A DNA stretch of 64,000 nucleotides from the human T2T-CHM13v2.0 reference genome, Homo sapiens. Both the position numbers and the translations under genes were made by a program. The notes beneath the pieces were generated by a model. It worked only from the letters and a program-made list of their open reading frames with translations. It did not search any database and was not told the origin of the DNA. This document shows positions 13,781-25,033 of the stretch, piece by piece (the first letter of the stretch is position 1; each line of letters opens with the position of its first letter). Location of the stretch: assembly GCF_009914755.1 (NCBI RefSeq), contig NC_060930.1; one strand, written 5' to 3'.

Positions 13781-15729
13781 TACTGAAATTAAAGATACAA
13801 AACAGAAAACTCTCATAGCAATTCTGTTGTGATTTGATAGCTTTTAAATATAACTTGGCAGTCAAAGTTTGTTTTAAAATAAACTGTGGTTAAGTGACTC
13901 ATTGGACTGAGGCAGGCTGGCTGATGATCACCGTGGGTTCTGACAAGGTGAGAGCAGAACCAGCCATTACTCACTATGGCTAGAGTCAGTCATGGCTCTC
14001 CAGGAGAAATACAATTCAATTATTGGTAATTGAGAATTTGAAAAAAATAGCTGCTTAGCTGTTTTAAAGATGTAGGTTAGTTCTTAAATTTTGAGTTCAA
14101 TAATGAATCTGGATATAGTTATTTTACATTTGTCATTAAAAGCTCTTAAAAATGGTGTAACTGGTGAGGTAACTGGAGGGCAGTAACTGAGAGGAACCCT
14201 CTATGATGAGCAGATGAACAACTTCCAATTGGTTTGCAGGAAGTTCTGCTTTGATTCCTAGATAATTGCTTTATGAGACAAGCCTGTGTTTAGAGGAAAG
14301 TTCTCTGATTACAACTCTTAAAAGATAAATGATCTAACTTCATTCCTTAACATTGTAAGAAGGAATTAATTTTTAAAAGAGAGAAAATTTGAAGTACTTT
14401 GAAAGAAAAATATAGTAAGAATATGTGATTCATTTTTAAAATTAAAATTTGGCATATCCTTATATTCACTCCATTAAAAAAAAATCTATAATGCTCAGTA
14501 AATGTTAATTCATCTGTGCCCACGATGCCAGGACATGAGTTTAGCCAGAATGTTACGCCTTGGGCCCCAAAATGTGATCCATATATTGAAAATATCAGTT
14601 TTCTTAGTAACTGGATAAAACTTAAAGAAGAGTCATGAATTAGAAGGTATAACCCGAAGAATGTTTAAAAGGTGCAGTTTGAGCTTATTTATGCTCATAG
14701 GATGTATTCATGGACATTTGCTTAAGACAGAGAAAACAGTTTTTTTCCAAAGGCTTTCTTTCTGTTTGTGATTCTAGGATGTAGCCTCTATTGAATTGAA
14801 TATGTCATCTACTTTTGATCTTTAGTGCAAAAGCATTCACTGCAGGCATAACTTATTTGACCACATCTGCTTGTTTTGATATTATTGGTAACATTTTGCC
14901 TACTTTACAAAAAAAAAAAGGAGGGGGCAAAACCCAGGAGCCAGATAGTTACAATCCAGATGGTTTGAGGGGAAAATACTAAGAGAAAATACTTGATTCA
15001 AAACCACCCATAAATATTGAGACATCACTGAAGTTCTTGTTGGAAACATGTCTCTGAGCTCTGCTATCCTCTGTCTTGGAAAGAGCCTATTAGAGTGCTG
15101 ATCTTTGCTACTAGTACTCTGTTGTACTGTTCTCCTGGAGAGCATAAACTTGTCACCCAAAAGCTAGATTGTGGCTGGAGTTATTTTGATGGGATATGTC
15201 CCTTTATTGTAAAAGGCTGTAAGTCCATCTAAAAAGGAACTCTCAGACATGTTTACCCTAAAACCCCAGCTTAGGGCTGGGCACAGAGGCGGTGCAAGAC
15301 AAATATTTATTGGCTTGAAATGAAAAGGTTGCTTTATAGCCATGAAACTGCAAAATGCAGGAAGGGACTATCAGAAAGCTGATGTTGACAGTAAGGAGAA
15401 GGATTTTTCATGCTTACCAGGCATCCTCTGCACTCCAGGCTAGAATGTGGAGTATGTCGAAAAGGTCAATCATCGCCCTTGCTAGATCTTTTCTTAAATT
15501 CTGGCCCATATGCTGAGAAGGATCAGTGGTGCTCTCAGGCTGCCTGCCACCTGTTTACATTCTGTTACTGCTTCTTTGCCTTTGATTTTGGCCACTGTCT
15601 CTCCGGAAGTGTAGGCATGGATAGGTTGCAAAAAGACACGGAATTGATTCAAAACTCTTCTTACTATCTAATAAAGCAGGAACTAGTCTCTAACTTTACA
15701 CCTGAAAAATAAGTTAAAAGCCACTTTTG

Positions 15730-15990
15730 CCTGTAATCCCAGCACTTTGGGAGGCCGAGGCAGGCAGATCATGAGGTCAGGAGATTGAGACCATCCTGGC
15801 TAACACGGTGAAACCCCGTCTCTAATAAAAATACAAAAATTAGACAGGCATGGTCTAATGTAGCTATCGGGAGGCCGAGGCAGGAGAATCGCTTGAACCC
15901 AGGAGGCGGAGCTTGCAGTGAGCCCAGATCGTGCCATAGCACTCCAGCCTGGGCGACAGAGCAAGACTCCATCTCAAAAAAAAAAAAAAA
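15730..15990 (+). mobile_element. Alu SINE, slightly 5'-truncated, with TSD
   Basis: Begins at GCCTGTAATCCCAGC; A-tail; flanked by GCCACTTTT on both sides. Confidence 0.92.
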
Positions 15991-16960
15991 GGCCACTTTT
16001 ACATAAGCAGTAATTAAACTAAGAAGACTTCGTTTGTGGCAATATTCTTCAAGTCTTTCAGAGCGTAATTTCTTCTTTAACGAAAGCATAGATGCAGATT
16101 TTAGTTTCCTAACAGCACACCTCCACCCCAGTCGAATACAGAGATGGGTACATTCACCAAGATGAAGTTTATCAAATGGTCATCTAAGAAGCCTTTTGAG
16201 GCCTGCAACAGTGTAGTAAACCACGGCTTGCTGAGAATGCTGGATCTCAGTCCTCAGATAGCTATTTTACAGCAAATTATTTTCATGGTGATTCCTTTGC
16301 CCCAGTGGGGGCTCCTTTCTCAGTTTAGCAGTATGTCAGAAATACTTTAAAGATTAGCAGATGTTTGGGTTAATAAAAACCATCTTTATCTTCTTTGAGG
16401 CTATTACACATTCTTACTATGATTTCTTTACACGGGCTTTGAAAAAAAGAAAAAACTGCAGTATTTGGCAGAGTTTCATCATTTTAAATATTTCTTTATC
16501 ATTATAGAATGCACAAAACATTGAATTTAAATACTTCTTAGTGAAAATAAGATTAATGGCTCTTGTCAGCCAGACATTGTAGACTCTCAGTATAGCACCT
16601 CCTTAGATTTGTAGCCTCACTGCCTCCTCCTTAGTCGATTCTTACCTTGCTCATGTTCCTCTACCTGGAATGTCAGACACAGATATATTATTAAACAGAA
16701 ACAGTGCTGAGGACATCGCACCTGGCCAAAGTTACAATTCATTTGTTAATGGGACGAATAATGTGGCAATTAGCCTTGTTTGAGAGGTTATGACAAGTCA
16801 TCGAAGGAAGGTTAAAACTTCACATTTGCCAGGGACACTTGTTATAACTGAGGCCAATCTGTCTACAGCAGTTTAGGTGCTCTTCAGAGTTTTGGGCAGT
16901 GTGACCAGTATCTGAATTTTACAGGAGTTTTTAAGTGTGACATACCTTTTAGTAAATGTA

Positions 16961-17248
16961 GAATATAGTATTGTATACAACTAGGATGGGCTTAAACAGG
17001 ATGAAACTAAGGTTGGAAGGTAAACTAATCACACATAATATGCAGTTTTATGTACATTTTTGGAGCTCTCTGATGTTCGAGGCACTTAAGAAGTCATACA
17101 TAATATACATGTTATGTCAAATACTGTACCAGAGGAATAGAGGATTTGCATGTGATACAGACCAAAGGGTATCCAAGCAAGGGGACAGAAAGAATGGCCC
17201 TCAGGACAGAGGGAGCAGCAAGACCAGAGACACCAGAGCATGAACATG
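16961..17248 (+). repeat. Local direct repeat, copy 1 (288 bp)
   Basis: Nearly identical to 18409-18695; also visible as duplicated ORF peptides in the six-frame track. Confidence 0.97.
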
Positions 17249-17249
17249 C

Positions 17250-17830
17250 TTCCTAGATTTCCCAGGGAGAGGAATCGTTCCCTATCCTGGGGCATAGCAG
17301 CTGCAGGGAATGACAGGAGACGTGGCTGGAAAGCTGGGGCCAGATGGCGGAGACTCCTCAGCTCCACGTTAACAACGTGCTCCCTTGGCAAGCCGTACAG
17401 ATCCTTTGAAGGATTTTGAGCAGAGAAATGACAAGTTTATACTAGAAACAAGCAGCATGGAAGGTAGGCTGCCTGCATGGAGTCTGGAGGAGGAGAGCAG
17501 CGCAGAGAATAGTGTAAATTCTTCCTGCAAGTAGTATTGAGGAGGTACAAATGGGAGGATAGAACTGGATTTAAATAGTTTTCAGAGAGAAGAAAGTCAA
17601 GTGAAATAGGACAAAGAGTCCAAAGTCAGTCCGTGGTCTCCATTCGGAGAAAAAGGGCTTGGGAAAGAATATATGGAGTTTGGTTTTGAATGAGCCAAAA
17701 TTGAGGTACCGAAGAACATCCAGGTGGTGAAGCCTATAGGAGATTGGACATTTTTCATGTGATTCTTAGGACAGAAGCTGGCACTGAGACTAGAGATTGG
17801 GGTATCATTTGAATAAAGGTGAGAATTTTG
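17250..17830 (+). mobile_element. Degenerate L2 LINE fragment
   Basis: L2-like motifs (TTTGAAGGATTTTGAGCAGAGAAATGAC; GAACATCCAGGTGG; GAGACTAGAGATTGGGGTATCAT); approximate. Confidence 0.5.
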
Positions 17831-18142
17831 TCTTTATGTATAGAGTTCCTTAAGATTCTATCAGAATCCATGTCAAGATACAATTTTTCTGATTAAAATA
17901 ATTTCTTTTAAAACACTATAATGCAGAAACTTATGTGTAATTATTTTATGTTTTGTAGCCTTAATGTTACCGAACTTGTGTTAAATAAGTTTATCTTGTT
18001 TGGGTCACAACTTTTATTCCAGAGAAACGCAGTTCTTATTTTGATTTTGCCTTAATACTGATGATTTTTTTTTGAAGTTCTTTAATGTTAAGCATTTTCA
18101 GTGTGACTTTTAAAATTGCTTTCCTTAAAAGTGACTGTGAAA

Positions 18143-18211
18143 TTGCTAAGTAGGCTGAGATTGATGTCAGGTTATCCCCAAGCATAACCTCACTCTCACC
18201 TTGCTTTGCAG
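18143..18211 (+). ncRNA. MIR4639: MIR4639 precursor hairpin (5'-tailed mirtron-like), ending at the intron 2 acceptor AG
   Basis: TTGCTAAGTAGGCTGAGATTGA (5p) and TCACTCTCACCTTGCTTTGC (3p) match my recollection of miR-4639; inner stem AGGTTAT/ATAACCT is visible. Confidence 0.85.
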
Positions 18212-18397
18212 GCATATCTTTTTCTTGCACATCAAGGAGGCCCTCTTGGCAGGCCACCTCTTGTGTTCCCCAGAGCAGGCAGTGGAACTCAGTGCCCTCC
18301 TGGCCCAGACCAAGTTTGGAGACTACAACCAGAACACTGCCAAGTATAACTATGAGGAGCTCTGTGCCAAGGAGCTCTCCTCTGCCACCTTGAACAG
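18212..18397 (+). CDS. MYLIP: MYLIP exon 3 (186 nt, FERM F2)
   Basis: Acceptor TTGCAG|G; [39 protein letters not shown]; donor CAG|GTGAGG. Confidence 0.97.
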
Positions 18398-18408
18398 GTG
18401 AGGCTGTT

Positions 18409-18695
18409 GAATATAGTATTGTTTACAACTAGAATAGGCTTAAACAGGATGAAACTAAGGTTGGAAGGTAAACTAATCACACATAATATGCAGTTTTATG
18501 TACATTTTTGAGCTCTCTGATGTTCGAGGCACTTAAGAAGTCATACATAATATACATGTTATGTCAAATACTGTACCAGAGGAATAGAGGATTTGCATGT
18601 GATACAGACCAAAGGGTATCCAAGCAAGGGGACAGAAAGAATGGCCATCAGGACAGAGGGAGCAGCAAGACCAGAGACACCAGAGCATGAACATG
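18409..18695 (+). repeat. Local direct repeat, copy 2 (287 bp)
   Basis: Matches 16961-17248 with about 4 substitutions and one 1-bp indel. Confidence 0.97.
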
Positions 18696-19011
18696 GCAGC
18701 ATCAGGGCTACTGCGTATATTCATAGAGCTATCAAATGTATAAGCATTTCCAAAAGAAGATGAATCTGTGGTACATACACATAATTTGTGAAGTTAAGAC
18801 TGGGCCATTGCCCAATTTAACCAAATATTTTCAAAAAATTTGTTAGCCTTTTATTTGAAAAATATGTAAACACAATATGAAATGCTATATAAAATGGGAA
18901 TTTTTTAAATCTGTGCCTTTAAGTACAAATCTCCTAAAATAAAAAATCTATTATGTATATTGGTGTTTTCTTCATCCCAGCAAGAATTAAACCAGGAGAT
19001 CTAACATAGGC

Positions 19012-19265
19012 ATTTTAGTTATCTATTCCTGCATAACAAGTTACCCCAAAACTTAGTGACATAAAACAACAAAAATTGTCTCACAGTTCTGTAGGTCAGG
19101 AATCTGGCCATGTCTTGGCTGGGTCCTCTGGCTCATGAGACTGTAGTCAAGCTGCAGGTAGAACTCTGTCTCATCTGAAGGCTCGACTGAGGGTGGCCTC
19201 CATGCCAGGTTGACTCCTGTGGTTTGTTGGCCTACCTCCTTCCCTGGCCACAGGGGCCTCAGGGG
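19012..19265 (-). mobile_element. MLT1-type MaLR LTR fragment
   Basis: GCATAACAAGTTACCCCAAAACTTAGTG...TCTCACAGTTCTGTAGGTCAGGAATCTGG motifs. Confidence 0.65.
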
Positions 19266-19606
19266 TCAACTTTATACTTATAAACTATATGTGGACAAAT
19301 GCATGAGACTTTCCAATATGTAAATTTGACTTATGTATATTTTTAGAGACTTGCCATAATTCTTCCAATTCATCACCCATCCAGCATCCCCAAAGTGTTT
19401 TTACCAAGTATTTAATAGTTGAGATCCCAGTGTCTTAGACGTTTTTTATAGTAAGTTCGCTAAATACATGAAACATCAGTAATACATAAGTTTTAAGTTG
19501 TTGTGATTCATCAGTGTTAGTATATTTCACTCGTGAAGACTACATAGGTTTATCTCTAAAGCTAATATCTGTATACTTAATTCTCTGTCCTCTTGGTGTC
19601 CTCCAG

Positions 19607-19804
19607 CATTGTTGCAAAACATAAGGAGTTGGAGGGGACCAGCCAGGCTTCAGCTGAATACCAAGTTTTGCAGATTGTGTCGGCAATGGAAAACTATGGC
19701 ATAGAATGGCATTCTGTGCGGGATAGCGAAGGGCAGAAACTGCTCATTGGGGTTGGACCTGAAGGAATCTCAATTTGTAAAGATGACTTTAGCCCAATTA
19801 ATAG
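19607..19804 (+). CDS. MYLIP: MYLIP exon 4 (198 nt, FERM F2/F3)
   Basis: Acceptor CTCCAG|C; [35 protein letters not shown]; donor TAG|GTAAGC. Confidence 0.97.
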
Positions 19805-20285
19805 GTAAGCCAAGACTTAACTTTTTTTGACCTAAGCATGTGTATACATCTGTAGCTGTCAATGTAATAGAAAATAGGAAGGGATTTACTCGACAGTCAG
19901 CTCTTAGGAATGAAAGATTTCATTTTGGTATGTACATTAATTTTATTCAGGCCTAAATAACCATTTTAAATGTTATTCAAGGTATACAATGTGGCAGAGT
20001 TAACGTTTTCCAAATAACCCATTCACTGCCATAAAAAACTTGTTTTCAGCTCTAGACATGCATGTGCGCACACCCAGCACTTGCTCCCATACTTCCCTCC
20101 ACATATGCCCAACTGCTTTTCACTGTATCTTTACAATAAGGCAGCATTATGGTGATGTGATAACCCCAGAGGAAGCGTCTGATTTTTCTGCTAGGTCATG
20201 AGCAAATGGGGATCCCACAAAGGCACACACATGGTGAAGAATCACTCCTTCTAGATCTGCTTTCTTTTCTCTTCCTGTCTCTTAG

Positions 20286-20450
20286 GATAGCTTATCCTGT
20301 GGTGCAGATGGCCACCCAGTCAGGAAAGAATGTATATTTGACGGTCACCAAGGAATCTGGGAACAGCATCGTGCTCTTGTTTAAAATGATCAGCACCAGG
20401 GCGGCCAGCGGGCTCTACCGAGCGATAACAGAGACGCACGCATTCTACAG
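20286..20450 (+). CDS. MYLIP: MYLIP exon 5 (165 nt, FERM F3), followed by a GC donor
   Basis: Acceptor CTTAG|G; [23 protein letters not shown]...AITETHAFY; frame with exon 6 is kept only with CAG|GCACGT. Confidence 0.93.
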
Positions 20451-21483
20451 GCACGTATCTCGTGTGCTTGGTCACCTCAGCACCACAGCTCTCAGGTTTT
20501 TAGGTGACAACCAGGTTTCTACGGTTCCTTGGATTGTTGTGTCAATGAGTCTAGTACAGAATTTAAGAAATTCTGAACATTTTGTTTCCGTAGTAGCAGT
20601 GGAGTCCTTATTAATGTAGTCTTGTTTTACCCACAGAAGGTGCATGTGTGTGAGCTGCACAAACACATTCTCTGCTTACCTCCTACCGTATTCTCTTATG
20701 CCATTAATCTAGACACAAAGTGTGTTAGGAGATTTCTATGCCTATTTAATCAATACAACAACCCTAAGGGGTTATTATTACCCTAATGTTAAAGATGAGG
20801 GAACTGGGAGGATAATTATTTACTTAGTCTAGGACTCAGCTTCAAAGCCAAGTTTGATTACCCTAAAGGTAACCCTGAGGGACTGGGCCTGCTCCACTGC
20901 TCAGGAGAAGGATAGCACAGATCATCTTTTCTTTCTGGCAGAGCTGCTATCCTGAGTCGTCACTGTGTACGGAAGGATTTTTTAATAGCAATATTGATTC
21001 CCTCATTTCAGAGGGTACTTTAAAGCCAAGTTGTGATTGGACTCACGTATTTGGACAATTAAAGCTAAGAAATTTAAGTCGTAGACAACTTTAAACTTTT
21101 TTATTTTAAAATAGATACACAAATTGTGAAACAGGATGGGAAATTTTTAGACATTTCTAACCTAAAAGCCAAGACTTCAGGCAGATGCCCTTTTTCTTCC
21201 ATAAGCAACTTCACTCAGTAGCGTCTGTCCTGGGGAGGAGGTACGTGCTCACTGCCCTCTGTATTTACTGCTTTATGGAAGCCATAATGTCAGGAGATGT
21301 TAGAGAAACAGAGGTGTAATCACTGAGAATATTTACCAGACGTAAAACTGGAAGGACTTACTTTCATACATGCAGACGAGACTATGAAACATCTGCTGAC
21401 ATTTCTGTTCTTATTGACAACAGCGAATAAGGGTGCTGCCAGGCTCTTTGGTGTTAAAGTAGATGTTCAATCTTGCCTTGCAG

Positions 21484-21904
21484 GTGTGACACAGTGACCA
21501 GCGCCGTGATGATGCAGTATAGCCGTGACTTGAAGGGCCACTTGGCATCTCTGTTTCTGAATGAAAACATTAACCTTGGCAAGAAATATGTCTTTGATAT
21601 TAAAAGAACATCAAAGGAGGTGTATGACCATGCCAGGAGGGCTCTGTACAATGCTGGCGTTGTGGACCTCGTTTCAAGAAGCAACCAGAGCCCTTCACAC
21701 TCGCCTCTGAAGTCCTCAGAAAGCAGCATGAACTGCAGCAGCTGCGAGGGCCTCAGCTGCCAGCAGACCCGGGTGCTGCAGGAGAAGCTACGCAAGCTGA
21801 AGGAAGCCATGCTGTGCATGGTGTGCTGCGAGGAGGAGATCAACTCCACCTTCTGTCCCTGTGGCCACACTGTGTGCTGTGAGAGCTGCGCCGCCCAGCT
21901 ACAG
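21484..21904 (+). CDS. MYLIP: MYLIP exon 6 (421 nt, FERM-adjacent region, linker and most of the RING)
   Basis: Acceptor TTGCAG|G; [20 protein letters not shown]...[25 protein letters not shown]; donor CAG|GTAGGG. Confidence 0.97.
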
Positions 21905-23221
21905 GTAGGGGAGTCAGCTGCCCACTTTTGCCTGCAGCCTCACCTATCCCTCCTCTTAACGGGGAGTAGGAGCCAGGTACTGGCTCGCTAATGCACAGAC
22001 GGGGAATGCCCATCTTCACCCGGAAAGGGTCTTTGTATTTGGTGACCTAAAAGGCATTGCCCTTTAGAAACATTTTAGATTAGCATACTATTTTCAACAA
22101 CATAATTACTCCAAATTATGCAGTGTTTTCAAGTTCTGAAAATGAGGCTGAGATTCCTGGGTAACATATCTAGTTAGCGGCTTACCTGAGGACAAGAATC
22201 CAGGCCTCCTGAGGCCTGGCCCAGGGCTGCTTCCTCTATTTCAAGTTGCCTCCCTTTTTCTGACACTTAGGAGGATGGTCTTTATTACTTAAGATATTTG
22301 GGAAAGAATACTTCTCAATTATCCATGGATGGGTTGTTGACTCTGTGATATTGGTGATTAATTTCCTTTTATGATTGCAAATGCCTCAAGGGCATATGGG
22401 TTGGCTGTTATTTATTAGCAAGTCAAACTAATTTTAATATTAACACGAAAAAGAGAACTCACATATAGTTTTCTTCCTTTCTTGCATGAAGAAGAATTTT
22501 AAATTTCCTCTTACAAGTTTTTTCAATTTGTTTTTATTTCTCAGATGTGTTTGCCAAATGTCACTGTGGTTTTATGTAAAACTGGTTCTAGATAATACTT
22601 AGTCCTTCAGAAGCTGCTAATTTCAGAGCTAATAAGACCAAATGACCCCTGTGTCCTTTCCCCAGAAGCAGTCATAGGCTTGTCTTTTTCTGCCCACCTA
22701 TTCTGACTCTCATCCCTAAGTCTCTCCTGAGGGCTGATGATGGGCACGGGCTTTCTGAGAAGTCAGCCAGGAATGTGGAGCTGCCACCTACGGCTAGAAG
22801 CAGAGCCACCCTCCCTGGCCATGTGGGCATCAGCCCAGAAATGTTGGCCTGAGTCAGTCAGCTGAGCTAAGGACACACAATTTCAAGAAGGGTCTCCTGC
22901 ATTGCTGCCTGAAGTGTTATAGTCTACTCATGTAGAGACCACATTCTGCACAGAAAGACGTCTTCAGTAATTGCTTTATTCAATGTACCTTCTTTAGCGT
23001 TTCACTAAAAATGTAATTAATTTCCTTCAGTTTATACTATGTCATAGTATTTATTTTTAAGCCCTTGTAAAGTATAAACTTTCAACCTGTGAGACAGCAA
23101 AGATCTCTACCAATTGAAAGCTAGAAATCACTGTGATCACAATTGATTTAGAAAATTAAATGCACTAGAGACCAGGGGTGTGCACAGAGACACAGGCCCC
23201 CCACCGAGGCTTGCATGCTAA

Positions 23222-23338
<117 letters not shown>

Positions 23339-24838
23339 TCTGTTGTGCTTTTGTTGGACTTGGCATGTTTCCATGAACTGCACTATTATAAACTATTAAA
23401 ATGATAGATTGTGGAGAAAGTAATTATTCCAACACCCATCTGCCATGCGATGTTAAAAAAAAAAAAAAAGGAAGAAAAATAACACAGCTACTCCTCACTG
23501 CAAAAACATATCCATGCGTAGAATCAACAACTCCAGTCATGGGACCAGGAGGAGCTCTGGGACGCAGACACATTCCTTGGATGTTGATTTTTTTTATGAT
23601 CTAGTAAAGGAATAGGTAAAGTCTTTGATGTCAGTGAAGTGGCAACATAGCCAAAAAGTTGGGTACCTTTTAGGAAATGATGTTGTAAGTCTCCTTAATG
23701 TATCCTGAGGTAAGTTTCCTACTGGCAGCAGATTTTGTAAGAATTACTTTTAAGAATTTCATTCTTTTTGTATGGTCATGGAGCTCCAACCATTTTTAAT
23801 AGGAAAGTCTTTTGTAAATTGTTGTCGTTTTAATGTCATTTCTGTCTTTATAACTTGATCAAGAATGATTGGAAGGCAAACAGGTTTACAAATCAATTCT
23901 GTGACTTTTAAAAAGTTGACAATGTTGTCAGATTTAAACCAGTGTGGCTAGTAAAAAGCAGCTCACTCAATGTGGGTGGCTCCCTATTCCTTTACGCTCC
24001 CCCTATCCCTACCCCACAAGCCTTTCGATTATAAAATACTACCAATCTTGTTATAAGATTACTGTGGAGTAGTCAAGTACTCCCCGGGCCTTCTGAGCTG
24101 GTGGAATATTTTATTTCAGACTGAAAACAGAGAGCACTCTCCTTGGGAAGGGAAAGCGGAGCTTGCTGAGTGAGAGATGGAGCCTCATGGTGTACAACTG
24201 AGGGTAGTTAACTCATCACTTCTCCCAAGCACTCGATCCCAGCTTCACCCACTGGTGTTGCTTTGCTTGAACTGTTCAAGCCTTTTATAGCCTTACCATA
24301 AGTATTTAGATATGGTGTCCTTTTCTGTTTTTGGGGGGGGAGTTTTGTTGTGTTTTTTTAAAGTAAGTGCTTAAGTATTAACTTTGGGTTGTCCCCTCTG
24401 TATGTTTCGAAGGGTTTTTGGTTCTTTTTGCTTCTGTTTTCTTAAACATGTTTTCCACTCCCACTTGGGCATTTTGGAAGCTGGTCAGCTAGCAGGTTTT
24501 CTGGGATGTCGGGAGACCTAGATGACCTTATCGGGTGCAATACTAGCTAAGGTAAAGCTAGAAACCTACACTGTCACTTTACTGAGATTTCTGAGTATAC
24601 TTTTCATATTGCCTTAATGTAGCAGTAATGTGTTTATGCATTTGTTTCTTTGCACAGACATTTTGTCAAATATTAAAACTCTACTTTTTTATGGCACATA
24701 TTAGCATATAAGCCTTTATTCCAAGAGGTATTTATTTTTTCACTTGTAAAAAAATAATGTTTCCACGTAAAGAACTCTGTTATATCCTAGAGGACTCTGT
24801 CTTTTATATTCGGGATAATAAAGACTTTAAAGCAAACA
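23339..24838 (+). other. MYLIP: MYLIP 3' UTR (~1.5 kb)
   Basis: Between the stop codon and the AATAAA/GU-rich cleavage region; no recognisable repeats; several miRNA seed matches. Confidence 0.8.
24817..24822 (+). terminator. MYLIP: Polyadenylation signal AATAAA of MYLIP
   Basis: AATAAA with upstream U-rich sequence and downstream GU-rich GATGTGTGTATTGT. Confidence 0.85.
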
Positions 24839-24959
24839 TGGATGTGTGTATTGTCATTTAAGCCAGTTTTATTTCATTTCAAAGAAATAAGCAAGGGGTA
24901 ACATCACAGTTAGTATCTACTTTCCTCCTACCGGGAATTTAATTTTTTTTTTTTAATAA

Positions 24960-25033
24960 TTTCGGTGCTCTACAAATTCAGAGAAACTTCTTTAGTAACA
25001 AACTATAGAAATGATCCTTGAGAGTATAGTCTT
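24960..25033 (-). pseudogene. 3'-truncated U3 snoRNA (SNORD3) retrocopy, first ~74 nt
   Basis: Reverse complement AAGACTATACTCTCAAGGATCATTTCTATAGTTTGTTACTAAAGAAGTTTCTCTGAATTTGTAGAGCACCGAAA matches the U3 5' domain; A-rich flanks. Confidence 0.9.

Noticed and set aside
16971-18724. Duplicated ORFs (SSLMFEALKKSYIIYMLCQ...) suggesting a small duplicated gene
   Set aside because: By-product of the intronic 288-bp direct repeat; non-ATG starts on the + strand, a frameshifting indel between copies, no homology recognised
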